Below the pieces are notes generated by a model. It was not told the DNA's origin and did not search any database. It was given only the letters and a program-made list of their open reading frames with translations. This document shows positions 26,827-38,841 of a stretch of 64,000 nucleotides of DNA, piece after piece (the stretch's first letter is position 1; each line of letters opens with the position of its first letter). The translations under genes and the position numbers were made by a program. Source of the stretch: Octopus bimaculoides (taxonomy: Eukaryota); NCBI RefSeq assembly GCF_001194135.2, contig NC_068997.1, forward strand, positions 1,904,167-1,968,166, given 5' to 3'.

Positions 26827-28324
26827 CCATGTGCTTGTATGCATGCGCGTGTGCGTATGTGCTCGTGTGAATATATGTGTGCGAGATGTGCAAAGAGAAT
26901 ACACTGAAATTTTTACCATTAGGCTATGATAAATTTTTTACAATAGAAAATGTTAGCTTTAGGTGCAAAATTCACACTAATCTTGTGGGAACGTATTCTG
27001 TCTTGGTTATGTTATAATGCAGTTTGCATCTCCTCTTATTGCTGTAAATTTCCCTTGTAAGTTATACAGACATGCCAATATTTGATACTTCTGTTGCTAC
27101 CAGATCGCAAATTGTGATCTTATATGAAAATAGGTAGAGTTCCTATCATCTCACATTGAGAGGTTGTGTTCAGAGATGAATATTCGCTTAAATTATATGG
27201 CGGTTCTCTGGACACCAGGACGGTGTCTCTAGAGGAGTAGACCAAGGCATTTACAGAGAGCTAAAGAAAATTTCGTATGTGCGTTGGATCGTCATACATA
27301 TATACATACATATAGATTGAAGTAAAAAGGAAAAGACAAAACGCTTGGCATCACTTGAAAGAAACATACACAGTCTCTTACAGCTGTTTCTAGAATAGCC
27401 AAGCTTGTGCGGCATCATATTGAGTAAGGATTCCATCTGAGTAAGAGAGATGTAAAATGAGGGAATATCACCAATCGATGATGGTATATTCCAATTTGTC
27501 AAAAATCAGGGGAAAATCAGAGTAAAGGAGGTATGAGTTATGTAGTATACCGATCGGATAAATAATAGAGTTATAGGTGAAATCCATTTGCAGTTTCAAA
27601 TGAGAATGCTCAATGGTAATGCATGGCAAGGAATAATGGAAGCTCTGGGAAAGTGAGATTACTCATATCTACATCAAAACACGCATCCCAAAATAGACGC
27701 AGGTATTCCTATATATCAGCGTAAAAGGTTAAGGAAAGAAAGAAAAGGTGAAGTGGGAGAGAAAGGGAGTATGGAGAAAAGAGAAAAACGCGATACAGGG
27801 ATTTAGGTGAATAGCAAGGTAAATAGAAAGGAGATATGAGGTTGTGGGTACTCAGGCTCAAACAGGCAGTGTTAGGGCTGACAGGTAAATGATTTTTAAG
27901 TAATTACTGTGTTTTGATGGATCTGATAAACACGCTGTCACATGTTGAGTTAATGATAGCAAAGTGTTCTAGACCCTCAAAATTTTGATGATGTCAAATT
28001 TACGGCTGAATCTAGATGCAATGAAGGCAAACATACTGTAAATCCCCTATGGTCGGCCATTAGGTAACGAACTCCTCGTGGAGATCGTAATCAATGGCGT
28101 GAGTATGAATAATGGGCCTTCATTTCATACTAACATACCAACAGTGTACTCCATACGAGACGATAGGCAAGGGGAATTCTGAGATGATACTGAACCAAAC
28201 AACAAGAGCTTATGTTAGTCTTGTGGAAGACATTTTGTTGCAAGATGTTTATCTCAACTATGGCCGCCACCTGCTGTTAAATTAACTACGAAACACACAG
28301 CAATTAACAGTGTGACACCAACTA

Positions 28325-29015
28325 CTAGGTTCAGCTGAAAAGTTCATTGGTCGACCAAGATGCTCTCCAAGAATCTGAACAATCTGTTTCTTTTTAACAC
28401 AATCCTCCGTTTGGTCCACATATTTCTTCCACCGGTGCTGCAATGCTTGGATCCCATTCGTGAATAAGCTATCATCCTGTTGGTAAAAAATCCTGATGAA
28501 AACAAGACCCGTTTCGTCTGCTTTCCTGGGCACCTTTTCCTGATAAACTTTCGTAACTGCCTCAGGAAGTCGACATAGTATACACCATTGAATGTGTAGC
28601 CCTTTTGCATTCCAAACCTGAGACCATCAACTCCCCTGTAGATGAAACGAACTTGACCTTTGGAGCAGATAACGAAGATTGTCAAGTTCATGCTGCAGAA
28701 TATTTTACACGGCCTCACGAGCTATGCTAACAACATTAGCTATTTGATTTATAGTCAATCGCCTATCATCCATCACCATGTGTTGAACATGATCCATGTT
28801 TTCCTCGGTGGTGTGAGTTGCAGGACGTCCAGATGTGGGGTGATCTTTAAGACTCCCTTGCCCACCTAAATTCAGCTGTCCTTGTGGCTAAGCCCTTTTG
28901 CTGCATGTACTTGATAATACCACAATGCCAAATTTTGTCAATTTCCAAAAGAAGTTTCTCCTAGTTACATCTGAAGTCTTTCTTGAACATTCAGATGTCA
29001 TTTTATCTGGAAGGA
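28325..29015 (-). mobile_element. Mariner transposon with multiple internal deletions
   Basis: DKIWHCGIIKYMQQKGL, SGRPATHTTEENMDHVQHMVMDDRRLTINQIANVV, QKGYTFNGVYYVDFLRQLRK, FTNGIQALQHRWKKYVD; a TIR-like end after TA at 28325. Confidence 0.88.
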
Positions 29016-29802
29016 TACAATGCATTTATTAAAAAGAAGGGCTGATATTAATACCTGCAAGATTTCCCAGCTCCAGAATCATTCCTTCATAGTCTGCCTC
29101 CGAAGTTTTCAGCACATTTCCTTAGGTTGCTTCAAGGTAAAAGAGCCAACGAGAGAGTCTAAAAGGGGCTAATAGTTTTCTATTTCCTGAGGGAAGACGG
29201 GAATAATAAGAAATGACGCACACACAAACACACACATACGTACAACACGCACAGAGTGAAAGGGGGAGGAGGGAGAGGGAGAGGCAGCGATAGAGAGAGA
29301 TGGGGGAAGAAGGAATGAGAGACAGAGATAGAGAGACGGACGAAGGAAGAAGAGGGGGACGAAGGACATGAAAAAGAGAGACACAAGGATAGAGAGAAAA
29401 CAGTCGAAGAAATAATAAGCGATTTTCTCAGAAACGATTTTGTCATCAATGAAATGATATACTCTTCAGAGTATATTGCATTGGTTCTTTCTTTTACACA
29501 CACGCATACACACACATACACACACGCTCGCTTTGTCGCGCACATACACGCCCGGCCGCATAAGTTCATAACCGTTTTTCCTTTTATCATCTCATTGTTC
29601 ATATATATGTATACATATATATATGTACATACATACATAAAAACACATATACATACATACATAAAAATACATATACATATAGATATACATGCATACATAT
29701 ATATATTTCGCTTTGGCATATATATATANNNNNNNNNNNNNNNNNNNNNNNNNNNNNNNNNNNNNNNNNNNNNNNNNNNNNNNNNNNNNNNNNNNNNNAT
29801 AC

Positions 29803-29839
<37 letters not shown>

Positions 29840-29996
29840 GTGTGTGTGTGTATATATAAGTGTGTGTGTGTGTGTGTGGTGTGTGTATACACATACACAC
29901 ATAGAGAGAGAGGCAGACAGACAGACAGGCATTCAGACAGACGTAGTAATGAGAGAAATATGCAGATATTGGTAAATGATAGATAGATAGATAGAG

Positions 29997-30054
<58 letters not shown>

Positions 30055-30389
30055 CATTTGTTTACGCTTTCTGATTTTCCTCTGATATACACAGGTAGAA
30101 CACAATGTATTGTGTGATTCTTCAATAATTTAGAATTTAATTAATTTTTCCGCAACTTTATGCCGTTCAGGTATGAGAATGAATAAGTGCAATCGAATGC
30201 ATCTGTTTAAGTATTTATCGATTTTTGTACGCAGTTACCTAGCAACCACCCATAACTATTGTCATCAATGATTAAAGCATTTTTGCCATCCAGTCAAAAA
30301 TTCCACCATGTAAATTAAGACAGGTTTCGTTGAAATATTTTTTTCTTCGTCTTACATTTAATATTATATCCGGAATTGCATCGGAATAT

Positions 30390-31030
30390 CCGTATAAGAG
30401 TTTCTTCTTCTCTTTCCACCTCCCCTTCTCTCTCCACTTCCTCCTTTTCTCCTCCCCCTCCCCTCGCCATTCTTCTTCTTCTTCTTCTTCTTCTTCTTCT
30501 TCTTCTTCTTCTTCTTCTTCTTCTTCTTCTTCACATTTTCCTCTCCTCTCATCCTTCATCTTTTCCTCCTGTCTTCGCCTTAGTACGCCTCCTCCTCCTT
30601 CTTTTCTTTCATATTCTGCTCCTCCTCCCACTTCTTCTCCTTCTCCCCTTCATCCCTTCCTCTTCATCTCCTCCTCTTCATCCCCTTCTCTTCATCCCTT
30701 CCTCTTCATCCCCTTCTCTTCATCTCCTCCTCTTCATCTCCGCCACTTCATCCCCTCTACGCCATCCCATCCTCTGCATCCCCTCCCCTTCACCCACTCC
30801 ATTTCATCCCCTCTACATCGTCCCTTTCTCCTCATCCCCTCTTCTTAAATCCGTCCACTTCACTCCTCCTCTTCATTCTCCACTTCTTTCTTTTATCGTC
30901 ATCCTCCTCTTTTTCTATGCTTTATCTTTTCCTTCTTGGTTTCCTTGTTTTCTTGTCCTTATTGATTCCCTTTTTTTCTACGTCTTCTTTTTCCTCTTTT
31001 TCTCCTTCCTTTTTTTCCACCTTCACAATG
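30390..31030. repeat. Polypyrimidine tract: (CTT)n plus degenerate CTTCATC(C)n repeats
   Basis: About 640 bp with almost no G on the plus strand; (CTT)n at ~30470-30532. Confidence 0.9.
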
Positions 31031-31176
31031 CTCCACTTTATCTTTCAAGCTTCTATCACAAAAGGAATCATGATTTGGAGCTGATAATATTCATTATGCT
31101 ACCCACCACCTCCACATATATAGTCTTCTGCTTAACTGACAAGTCAACATTATCATCATCCTTATTATCATCATCC

Positions 31177-31246
<70 letters not shown>

Positions 31247-31254
31247 AAAAGTGA

Positions 31255-31446
31255 TGAGCTGGCAGAATTGTTAGCACGCCGGGCGGACGTCTGCCGCAAC
31301 GTTCTGAATACGAATTCTGCCGAGGTCAACATTGCCTTTCATCCTTTCGGGGTCGACTAAAGAAGTACCAGTTACGCACTGGTGTCGATGTAATCGACTT
31401 AATTCCTTACCCCAAATTTGAAGCCTTGTGCTTCCAGTAGAAACGA
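31255..31446 (+). mobile_element. SINE family A
   Basis: GAGCTGGCAGAATTGTTAGCACGCCGGG head to the GAAACGATTATT tail. Confidence 0.88.
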
Positions 31447-31493
31447 TTATTATTATTATTATTATTATTACTATTATTATTATTATTATTATT

Positions 31494-31927
31494 GATGATG
31501 ACACTTGTTTACTGGTTATGCTTCAAGAACCCTGCGAAGAATTCTTGCAGTTCCAAGCAATGCTGATTTTTGTAGGTGTTCGACCTTCACACTTGCACCG
31601 ATCTCTTTCCGTCATGTTGGTAGCTGAGTGCCGATACTTCCAAGTGCAGCAATTACTATTGGTATCACGTTTATCTTCTTCATTGACCACAATCTTCGTA
31701 TTTCCCACTTTAAATCGTCGTAGTTGCTTACTTTATTTCTCTCACATTGATCCTGTTGTCACTGGGGCATGCTATGTCGATAATCATACATGTTGTTTAT
31801 TTTTTATTCACCACAACAATGTCCGGTTTCCGATGTCTGGTCTGGTGATCGGACTGGATCAATGCATCCAACAGGATTTTGCAGTTCTCATTTTCGGTGA
31901 CTTCCTCAAGGGTTTGTCCATATCACC

Positions 31928-31928
<1 letters not shown>
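31494..31928 (-). mobile_element. R4/Dong-clade LINE: C-terminal restriction-like endonuclease and 3' end (subfamily 2)
   Basis: VTENENCKILLDALIQSDHQTRHRKPDIVVVNKK (the PD of PD-(D/E)xK); (AAT)n on both sides. Confidence 0.85.
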
Positions 31929-31990
<62 letters not shown>

Positions 31991-32030
31991 CATCATCATC
32001 ATCATCATCATTATTATTTCTTTTCAAACA

Positions 32031-32243
32031 GGCGGCGAGCTGGTAGAATCGTTAGCACACCGGCTCAATGCTTAGCGGTATTTAGTCTGTCTTCCTGTTC
32101 TGGGTTCAAAAGACGCCGGGGTTGAATTTGCTTTTCCTCCTTTCGGGGTCGATAAATAAAGTATCAGTTACACACTGTGGTCAATGTAATCGACTGATGA
32201 CCCCTCCCACAAAACTTCAGGCCTTATGCCTATAGTAAAAAAG
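32031..32243 (+). mobile_element. SINE family A (A1 tail)
   Basis: GGCGGCGAGCTGGTAGAATCGTTAGCAC...CAGGCCTTATGCCTATAGTA. Confidence 0.88.
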
Positions 32244-32245
32244 GT

Positions 32246-32890
32246 TGTCCGTACATTAGAGAGATGTGGGATTGTGTGGAGCAGTTGTTGTCGCGTGTAA
32301 GACGAATTCAGCTGTCGACCGAGTGTACAGTGAAGATCGACGCACCACCTTCCCTTAACAGAGAAGGAAGGCAGATCTTACTCTGCTCAGTAGCTGTGGC
32401 AAAAGAGGCTGTGTGATGGTCCCGTCTGAAAAGTTTGAAGAGAAGCACATTCTTATCAGCTCGAGCCCTCATCAATTTCTTCAAATATCATTTGAAGAGG
32501 AAGCTAAGGGTAGAGAGGGAGGTGCTGCTTTCTAGTGTGTTTATCAAAAGATGGTCGACAGTGGCAAAATTGATGAGACTGAACGGATCTGCTCTGAATA
32601 TGCTTTTCTAAGCAGGATGAAAGAAACTGGAAGAGAGCACTTTGCCATGGCTTGGAGATGGCAGAAAAGTCCAGGATTATTATGTGGACTGCCCCGCTAT
32701 TGAGGATTTTATTCATTTATTTGTTTATTATTTACTTATCTTCTTTTATAATATATACTCTGTTATATCGTTTAACGTGACAGTATCTCCCTTTGGTTGA
32801 TGCTAACCTCATATGTTTTTGTGTAATGTTTTGTTTTGTGAAGTAACCCGTCCTTCGATATGATCCTCCATGTCTTGGGCCAAGAAATCA
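32246..32890 (+). mobile_element. Tx1/L1-like LINE, ORF2 C-terminus plus 3' UTR
   Basis: CPYIREMWDCVEQLLSRV...VAVAKEAV*WSRLK...HLKRKLRVERE...KRW, stop at 32609-32611. The CP..W after the zinc knuckle and the AK...W / R.E...RW pattern are Tx1-like. Confidence 0.65.
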
Positions 32891-32896
32891 TCATCA

Positions 32897-32927
<31 letters not shown>

Positions 32928-32928
<1 letters not shown>

Positions 32929-33204
32929 TTATGTTTGACTTTTGTTTTGCATTTGTACAAGTTGGATCCAAGTCTCACCCAGAGACCTCAAGAGACAACA
33001 AGTTAGAAGTTCATGTAGGTGTTATGCCTAGGGTACCATATATTTGGATTTGTACAGTTTTGTTCAAGTGAATGTTTAAGAAACCATAAGAAAATTATGT
33101 TTGCTTTAAAATTTGAGATCACATAGACAGTATTTTACGTAGGATATGGGCAGTTCCCATGAGCACTATCTTTTGGACTTCAGCCATTTTGGGGTTTCCT
33201 GGTT
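32928..33204 (-). mobile_element. R4/Dong-clade LINE extreme C-terminus, 3' UTR and (AAT)n tail (subfamily 1)
   Basis: PGNPKMAEVQKIVLMGTAHILRKILSM*, then a UTR ending GTCAAACAT(AAT)n; cut by the N-gap at 33205. Confidence 0.85.
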
Positions 33205-33466
33205 NNNNNNNNNNNNNNNNNNNNNNNNNNNNNNNNNNNNNNNNNNNNNNNNNNNNNNNNNNNNNNNNNNNNNNNNNNNNNNNNNNNNNNNNNNNNNNNN
33301 NNNNNNNNNNNNNNNNNNNNNNNNNNNNNNNNNNNNNNNNNNNNNNNNNNNNNNNNNNNNNNNNNNNNNNNNNNNNNNNNNNNNNNNNNNNNNNNNNNNN
33401 NNNNNNNNNNNNNNNNNNNNNNNNNNNNNNNNNNNNNNNNNNNNNNNNNNNNNNNNNNNNNNNNNN

Positions 33467-33503
<37 letters not shown>

Positions 33504-33507
33504 CATT

Positions 33508-33593
<86 letters not shown>

Positions 33594-33684
33594 CATTATC
33601 ATCATCATCATCATCATCATCATTATTATTATTATTATTATTGTTATTATTATTATTGTTGTTGTTGTTGTTGTTGTTATTATT

Positions 33685-33854
33685 GAGTGAGAGAGCAGTG
33701 CATGCCATCAAAGTGACACTGGGGTAAAATATACGAAACCCATCATACCCATCATTACTACCCGTCTGACAATGGTTACACCAGGCACATGCATCACAAC
33801 CATATGTGTGCGACATGGTGATCTCATATCAAGATAAACAGCGCATGACCTCGC
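33685..33854 (-). mobile_element. Element D, 3' 170 bp
   Basis: Homologous to 50225-50410 and 39400-39580; ends CTCTCTCACTCAATAATAACAAC on the minus strand. Confidence 0.8.
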
Positions 33855-34250
33855 TTTGGTCGTTTCAGGTCAATAAGTTCTGATCTTGAGTAACTAAGAT
33901 AAAGCCTTCGCTCTCTGCTTTTAGCCCCGAGCTCCGTAGCTACTGATGGATGTGCTTCTGGCCTATATCAGCTTGCTTACTACGGGCCACATATTTACCA
34001 TGCAGAGGTTTTTGTTCCCACCTTTGCCATTGATTTCACCTTCTTTGCAACAACAATTGTCGCATTTCCATTATATCGTTCAACCTGGGTATTATGCAGG
34101 AACTCATTAAAAATTTGTTTGCCCTCCATCATAACAGAATGAAGCTTCTTACGTCTCTCGTCGTTTTCAACGGGTTTTAACATTCAATCGTTAGATGTTT
34201 CAAGATATTTGGTCAGTCCAATTGTGGTGTATTTTTAAGAAATTTCAAAT
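33855..34250 (-). mobile_element. R4/Dong-clade LINE, post-RT region
   Basis: GLTKYLETSND*MLKPV...KKLHSV...AKKVKSMAK and WEQKPLHGKYVARSKQADIGQKHIHQ*LRSSGLKAESEGFILVTQDQNL. Confidence 0.8.
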
Positions 34251-34310
34251 TGGATCAAGCCTCGACCTCCCTGGGCACTGAGAAGGTAAAGACAATCTAG
34301 GTGGTGCATC

Positions 34311-34539
34311 TTATTTCTTTATTGCCCACAAGGGGCTAAACATAGAGGGGACAAACAAGAACAGACAAAGGGATTAAGTCGATTACATCGACCCCTGTGC
34401 GTAACTGGTACTTAATTTATCGACCCCGAAAGGATGAAAGTAAAGTCGACCTCGGCGGAATTTGAATTCAGAACGTAACGGCAGACGAAATACCGCTAAG
34501 CATTTCGCCCGGCGTGCTAACGTTTCTGCCAGCTCACCT
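34311..34539 (-). mobile_element. SINE family A with alternative tail A2, young copy
   Basis: Clean head and core; tail TTTGTCCCCTCTATGTTTAGCCCCTTGTGGGCAATAAAGAAATAAG. Confidence 0.9.
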
Positions 34540-34619
34540 GAGCATGGTCAGCACCGTTTTTGTTCAGTGGGGAAAATATCGTTCTGTTCCATAAAGGCGT
34601 ATGTTTTCTCCATGATTAC

Positions 34620-34620
<1 letters not shown>
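34539..34620 (-). repeat. Exact 82-bp duplicate of 35479-35560 (R4 RT piece)
   Basis: Identical base for base, including the in-frame TGA in EQKRC*PCS; both copies abut (ATT)n. Confidence 0.9.
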
Positions 34621-34674
<54 letters not shown>

Positions 34675-34677
34675 GTA

Positions 34678-35559
34678 TGACAAGTTAGCAGCTTATGGAT
34701 TTTCCTGATAGACATCCTTATTTCCTTGATAATCCAGTTCAACACATTGAAATCATAAACAATAACTGGACCTGCTAAGGAATTCACAACACCTTGTTAT
34801 GTGCATTTAACTCAGATTTTACGACTACTCGAACTCTCCTGTAACACTCTTTCCTCATCTTCCTTTTCATGCTTGCATGCTGAATGCCAGAGATCTAATT
34901 TATTCTGAGATATTTGTACGTTTATTCTTGCTCAAGTTCTTTTATAACTGTGTCAACATCTAAAACTACTGAATGTAAGGTCTTTAATTTCATTTTCTGG
35001 AAAGTCACTTTGGCACATTTATCAAGACCAAATTCCAGCTCGATGCTATCACTGAATACTTTCACAGTACGTAATGGTCCTTCAGGCTCATTATCATCTT
35101 TGCCATAGGTTTTTTTTTATATCATCCATGTAAAATAGATGGTTTATTTTGTTGTCGTCAATTTTGCACCCATATCCTGTTCTCTTAAGTTCACTTGTAG
35201 GGGGTATTAGGGCTATGCAAAAAATTAATGGTGAAAGTGAGTCATCTTGGAAAATGCCGCAGTTGATATTAATATTGTTTGTAGTAAGTACTCCATTAGA
35301 GTGATAGAATTGGATATTCGTATTCCACACTAACTTGTGCTTCAGGATGTTTGAAATTACAGGAGTAATTTTGAAGATATCCAGTGATTTGAAGATACAT
35401 AAATGCGGTATGCTGTCAAAGGCGTTTTTATAATCAATCCATAGGGAACTGAGATTTCAGTTGATCTTTGCATCCATATGAGCATGGTCAGCACCGTTTT
35501 TGTTCAGTGGGGAAAATATCGTTCTGTTCCATAAAGGCGTATGTTTTCTCCATGATTAC

Positions 35560-35560
<1 letters not shown>
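34678..35560 (-). mobile_element. R4/Dong-clade LINE RT domain, 5'-truncated (subfamily 1)
   Basis: IMEKTYAFMEQNDIFPTEQK...GCKDQL, WIDYKNAFDSIPH, GIFQDDSLSPLIFCIALIP, HLFYMDD, NSLAGPVIVYDF. Confidence 0.9.
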
Positions 35561-35632
<72 letters not shown>

Positions 35633-35653
35633 GCTGATGTTGTTGTTATTTAA

Positions 35654-35858
35654 GGTGGCGAGCTGGCAGAACCGTTGGCAGCCTGGTCAAGATGCTTAGC
35701 AGTATTTCGACCGTCGCTACATTCTGAATTCAAATTCCTCCGAGGTAAAGTTTGCTTTCATCCTTTCGGTGTCGATAAAATGAGTACCAGGTACGCAGTA
35801 GGGTCGGTGTAATCGATTAGCCCCCTAATTTCAGGCCTTGTCCCTGTAATAGAAAGGA
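35654..35858 (+). mobile_element. SINE family A (A1 tail) ending in (CTT)n
   Basis: GGTGGCGAGCTGGCAGAACCG...CAGGCCTTGTCCCTGTAATAGAAAGGATT. Confidence 0.85.
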
Positions 35859-35890
35859 TTCTTCTTCTTCTTCTTCTTCTTCTTCTTCTT

Positions 35891-35921
<31 letters not shown>

Positions 35922-37584
35922 TTCTTATTATTATTATTATTCAGTGAGATAGCTGAGCATGCCATCAATTATAGTTGCGTGTGGCTAAAATGATAAAAAA
36001 AAATTGGCAGTTTCCGTTCTTTAAACGTTCGTGTTTCTCAAATCAGCAACACCAAACTTCACTTAAATGTAAGAAACTAATAGCTTTTTGATATCTAGAT
36101 TCTAAGAAATACCTGAAGATTTCTGTTCTGATATGCAGCCTAAAATGACGCCACATTCGCCCTCATTCAATTCCATCTTCATTCACACAACCAATAATTG
36201 AATGAGTTTATTTTCAAAGTCCACATTTCTTTTAAACGCAGTTCAGGATCTTTTATGCTCGACTCTATAAAATAAATAACTCAGTTGTTATTCTTAGTAT
36301 GCCAGGGACGAAACTAAAATAATCGACATCGATTTTGTAAAATCAAAGCCGGCCATCAGATGTGGTGTGCAACTATAGGAATTTGAAAGAAGCCATTAAA
36401 TTAGGTAAACTACTTTGTGAACCCTCACTAAACTTTCGAATAACTCAATCAGAGAATCCTAAATAAGGTATTATTCAATATGATAATGACCAGTAGAGCG
36501 AAGAACGCACACAGTGAAAACACTTTGAATAGAATATCGATTGTTTGATTTTTAGGTACTTATGTCAATATTAGTGGAGACATTTTCAACCTCAATCTGG
36601 TGCCAAATAATAGAAAAGGATTAAATAGTTCGATATTCGATGTTATATGCTCGTTATTGTCACCTTTCCCTATTATTATGTACTTAGCTTAGGTCAGCTT
36701 GCTAGAATGTGGCAGCTTATTCAATAGCTGCATCAAGTTGTTTTCCCATTAAATATGCTAAGTATTAGTGGTGTGTTACATTTGAACAAGGCAACATGAC
36801 AGACCTTTAGTGCAAGAAATTACAGAAGATGGTTACTTGAAATGCGTGGACTCTGGGATCTATCATCATTTGAAATCAAGTGGTAACAGTTTCTATTCTC
36901 TGCGCAGTTGTAGCATAAACTTCCTGTATCTTTTTTTTTTTTTTTGCGGAAAATGACACTGATTGACAGCGAAAGGAAGTAAATGTACACGAATAGCACC
37001 ATGAAGCACCGAGTAAGAGGAGGAACGGCCTCACTGGCATAGAATCCTCAGTGATGAAACCGCTCAGCTACCTGTACTAATTAAGTATGGAAACTCACTC
37101 AGCTCTCACCTTAATGTCTTCACAAAGGAAGACAGAAGAAAGAGAGGAAGCATTGAAGAGAAGATAAGGAACGAAAGTGAGGCAAATGTTAGAAGGGATA
37201 AGAAAATAGATTCGAAATACAAAAATGCCACAGAGGAGAGTGGAAAGAAAACCTCCCTCACCAATAGACGTACAATGACACAAACGTGAACGCACAGACT
37301 CACACGCATACATACACATATATACATACACATATACATACACATATACATACACATATACATACACATATACATACACATATATACATACACACGCATA
37401 CATACACATATGCAAATCATGTGATAAGTGGTGACGTTGTGTATGGCGTAATAATACAATGTGGAATTTTTACTCCTGTGTTGTAGTGTCTTGAAGGTGA
37501 ATGATACAGAATTCGCAAACATAAAATCTGAGAAAGAATCATGTGCCAATGAAAGACACCTACATATGTGTATATTCGACCACA

Positions 37585-37638
<54 letters not shown>

Positions 37639-38790
37639 GGGATCACTGAATCATCGAAAGTAAACTAAAATAACTCATGCGCGTAATAAGTAAATCTATT
37701 TTAGTCAATTTATTTATTTTTAACTAGTTTAAATTATTCATTTATATTTGTTTACATCAATTTTTCATCGTGTGGTTCAATAGTAGAACTAACAAAATGG
37801 CTGACGAGTTCATCTACTGTTAAGGACGAAAAATATCTAGTGATTTAATCAATGATTCATTCCCGTATGAGCCAGAGTAACTAAACTGTTGACAGTAAAC
37901 TCCATTCCTTGCTGTGTTCCTGGAGTATAACGAACTTTTAATATATGTGAAAATCACATTCATTTATCACGGCCAATCCTTCTAAGTATGTTCAAAAAAA
38001 AATTTCATTGTTCTCAAAATACAATCTAATATAAGTATTACGGTATATATATATATATATATATATATACCGTACTTTTGATGGCATGGGTATACTAGTA
38101 CATAGTCGTCATTTTTACACTTCCGTTTACTTTTTTATTTATAATTTCAAACGTTGGAATGCGGCCATTCTAGAGCACCGACTCGATATATGAAGTCTGG
38201 TATTCATTTAATCGAGTAATGTAGAGTGATTGGCTGAATCCCGCGGTGTTACATCCCGCTGAAAACATGCTCACACGCGGCGAAACAACGTGAAATACAA
38301 TTTAGAGAGCAAATTAAATCAATCAGTGAGTCCTTCTATTATTTTAAAGAGGAGAAAGGCAGCNNNNNNNNNNNNNNNNNNNNNNNNNNNNNNNNNNNNN
38401 NNNNNNNNNNNNNNNNNNNNNNNNNNNNNNNNNNNNNNNNNNNNNNNNNNNNNNNNNNNNNNNNNNNNNNNNNNNNNNNNNNNNNNNNNNNNNNNNNNNN
38501 NNNNNNNNNNNNNNNNNNNNNNNNNNNNNNNNNNNNNNNNNNNNNNNNNNNNNNNNNNNNNNNNNNNNNNNNNNNNNNNNNNNNNNNNNNNNNNNNNNNN
38601 NNNNNNNNNNNNNNNNNNNNNNNNNNNNNNNNNNNNNNNNNNNNNNNNNNNNNNNNNNNNNNNNNNNNNNNNNNNNNNNNNNNNNNNNNNNNNNNNNNNN
38701 NNNNNNNNNNNNNNNNNNNNNNNNNNNNNNNNNNNNNNNNNNNNNNNNNNNNNNNNNNNNNNNNNNNNNNNNNNNNNNNNNNNNNNNNNN

Positions 38791-38841
<51 letters not shown>

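Noticed and set aside
27376-27390. Minus-strand GAAACAGCTGTAAGA, identical to the reconstructed hammerhead 3' half
   Set aside because: No CUGANGA or helix II at the right distance upstream; at most a remnant.
30330-31254. 172-aa and 292-aa ORFs
   Set aside because: They arise from a stop-poor polypyrimidine tract and (ATT)n.
33995-34183. 62-aa ORF ending at an apparent donor ATG|GTAAAT, as a host exon
   Set aside because: This frame and the adjacent one match the R4/Dong post-RT region.
37795-37870. CTGACGA...GGAC-GAAA hammerhead-like core
   Set aside because: Helix II is possible, but no NUH triplet gives valid helices I and III in type I or type III topology.
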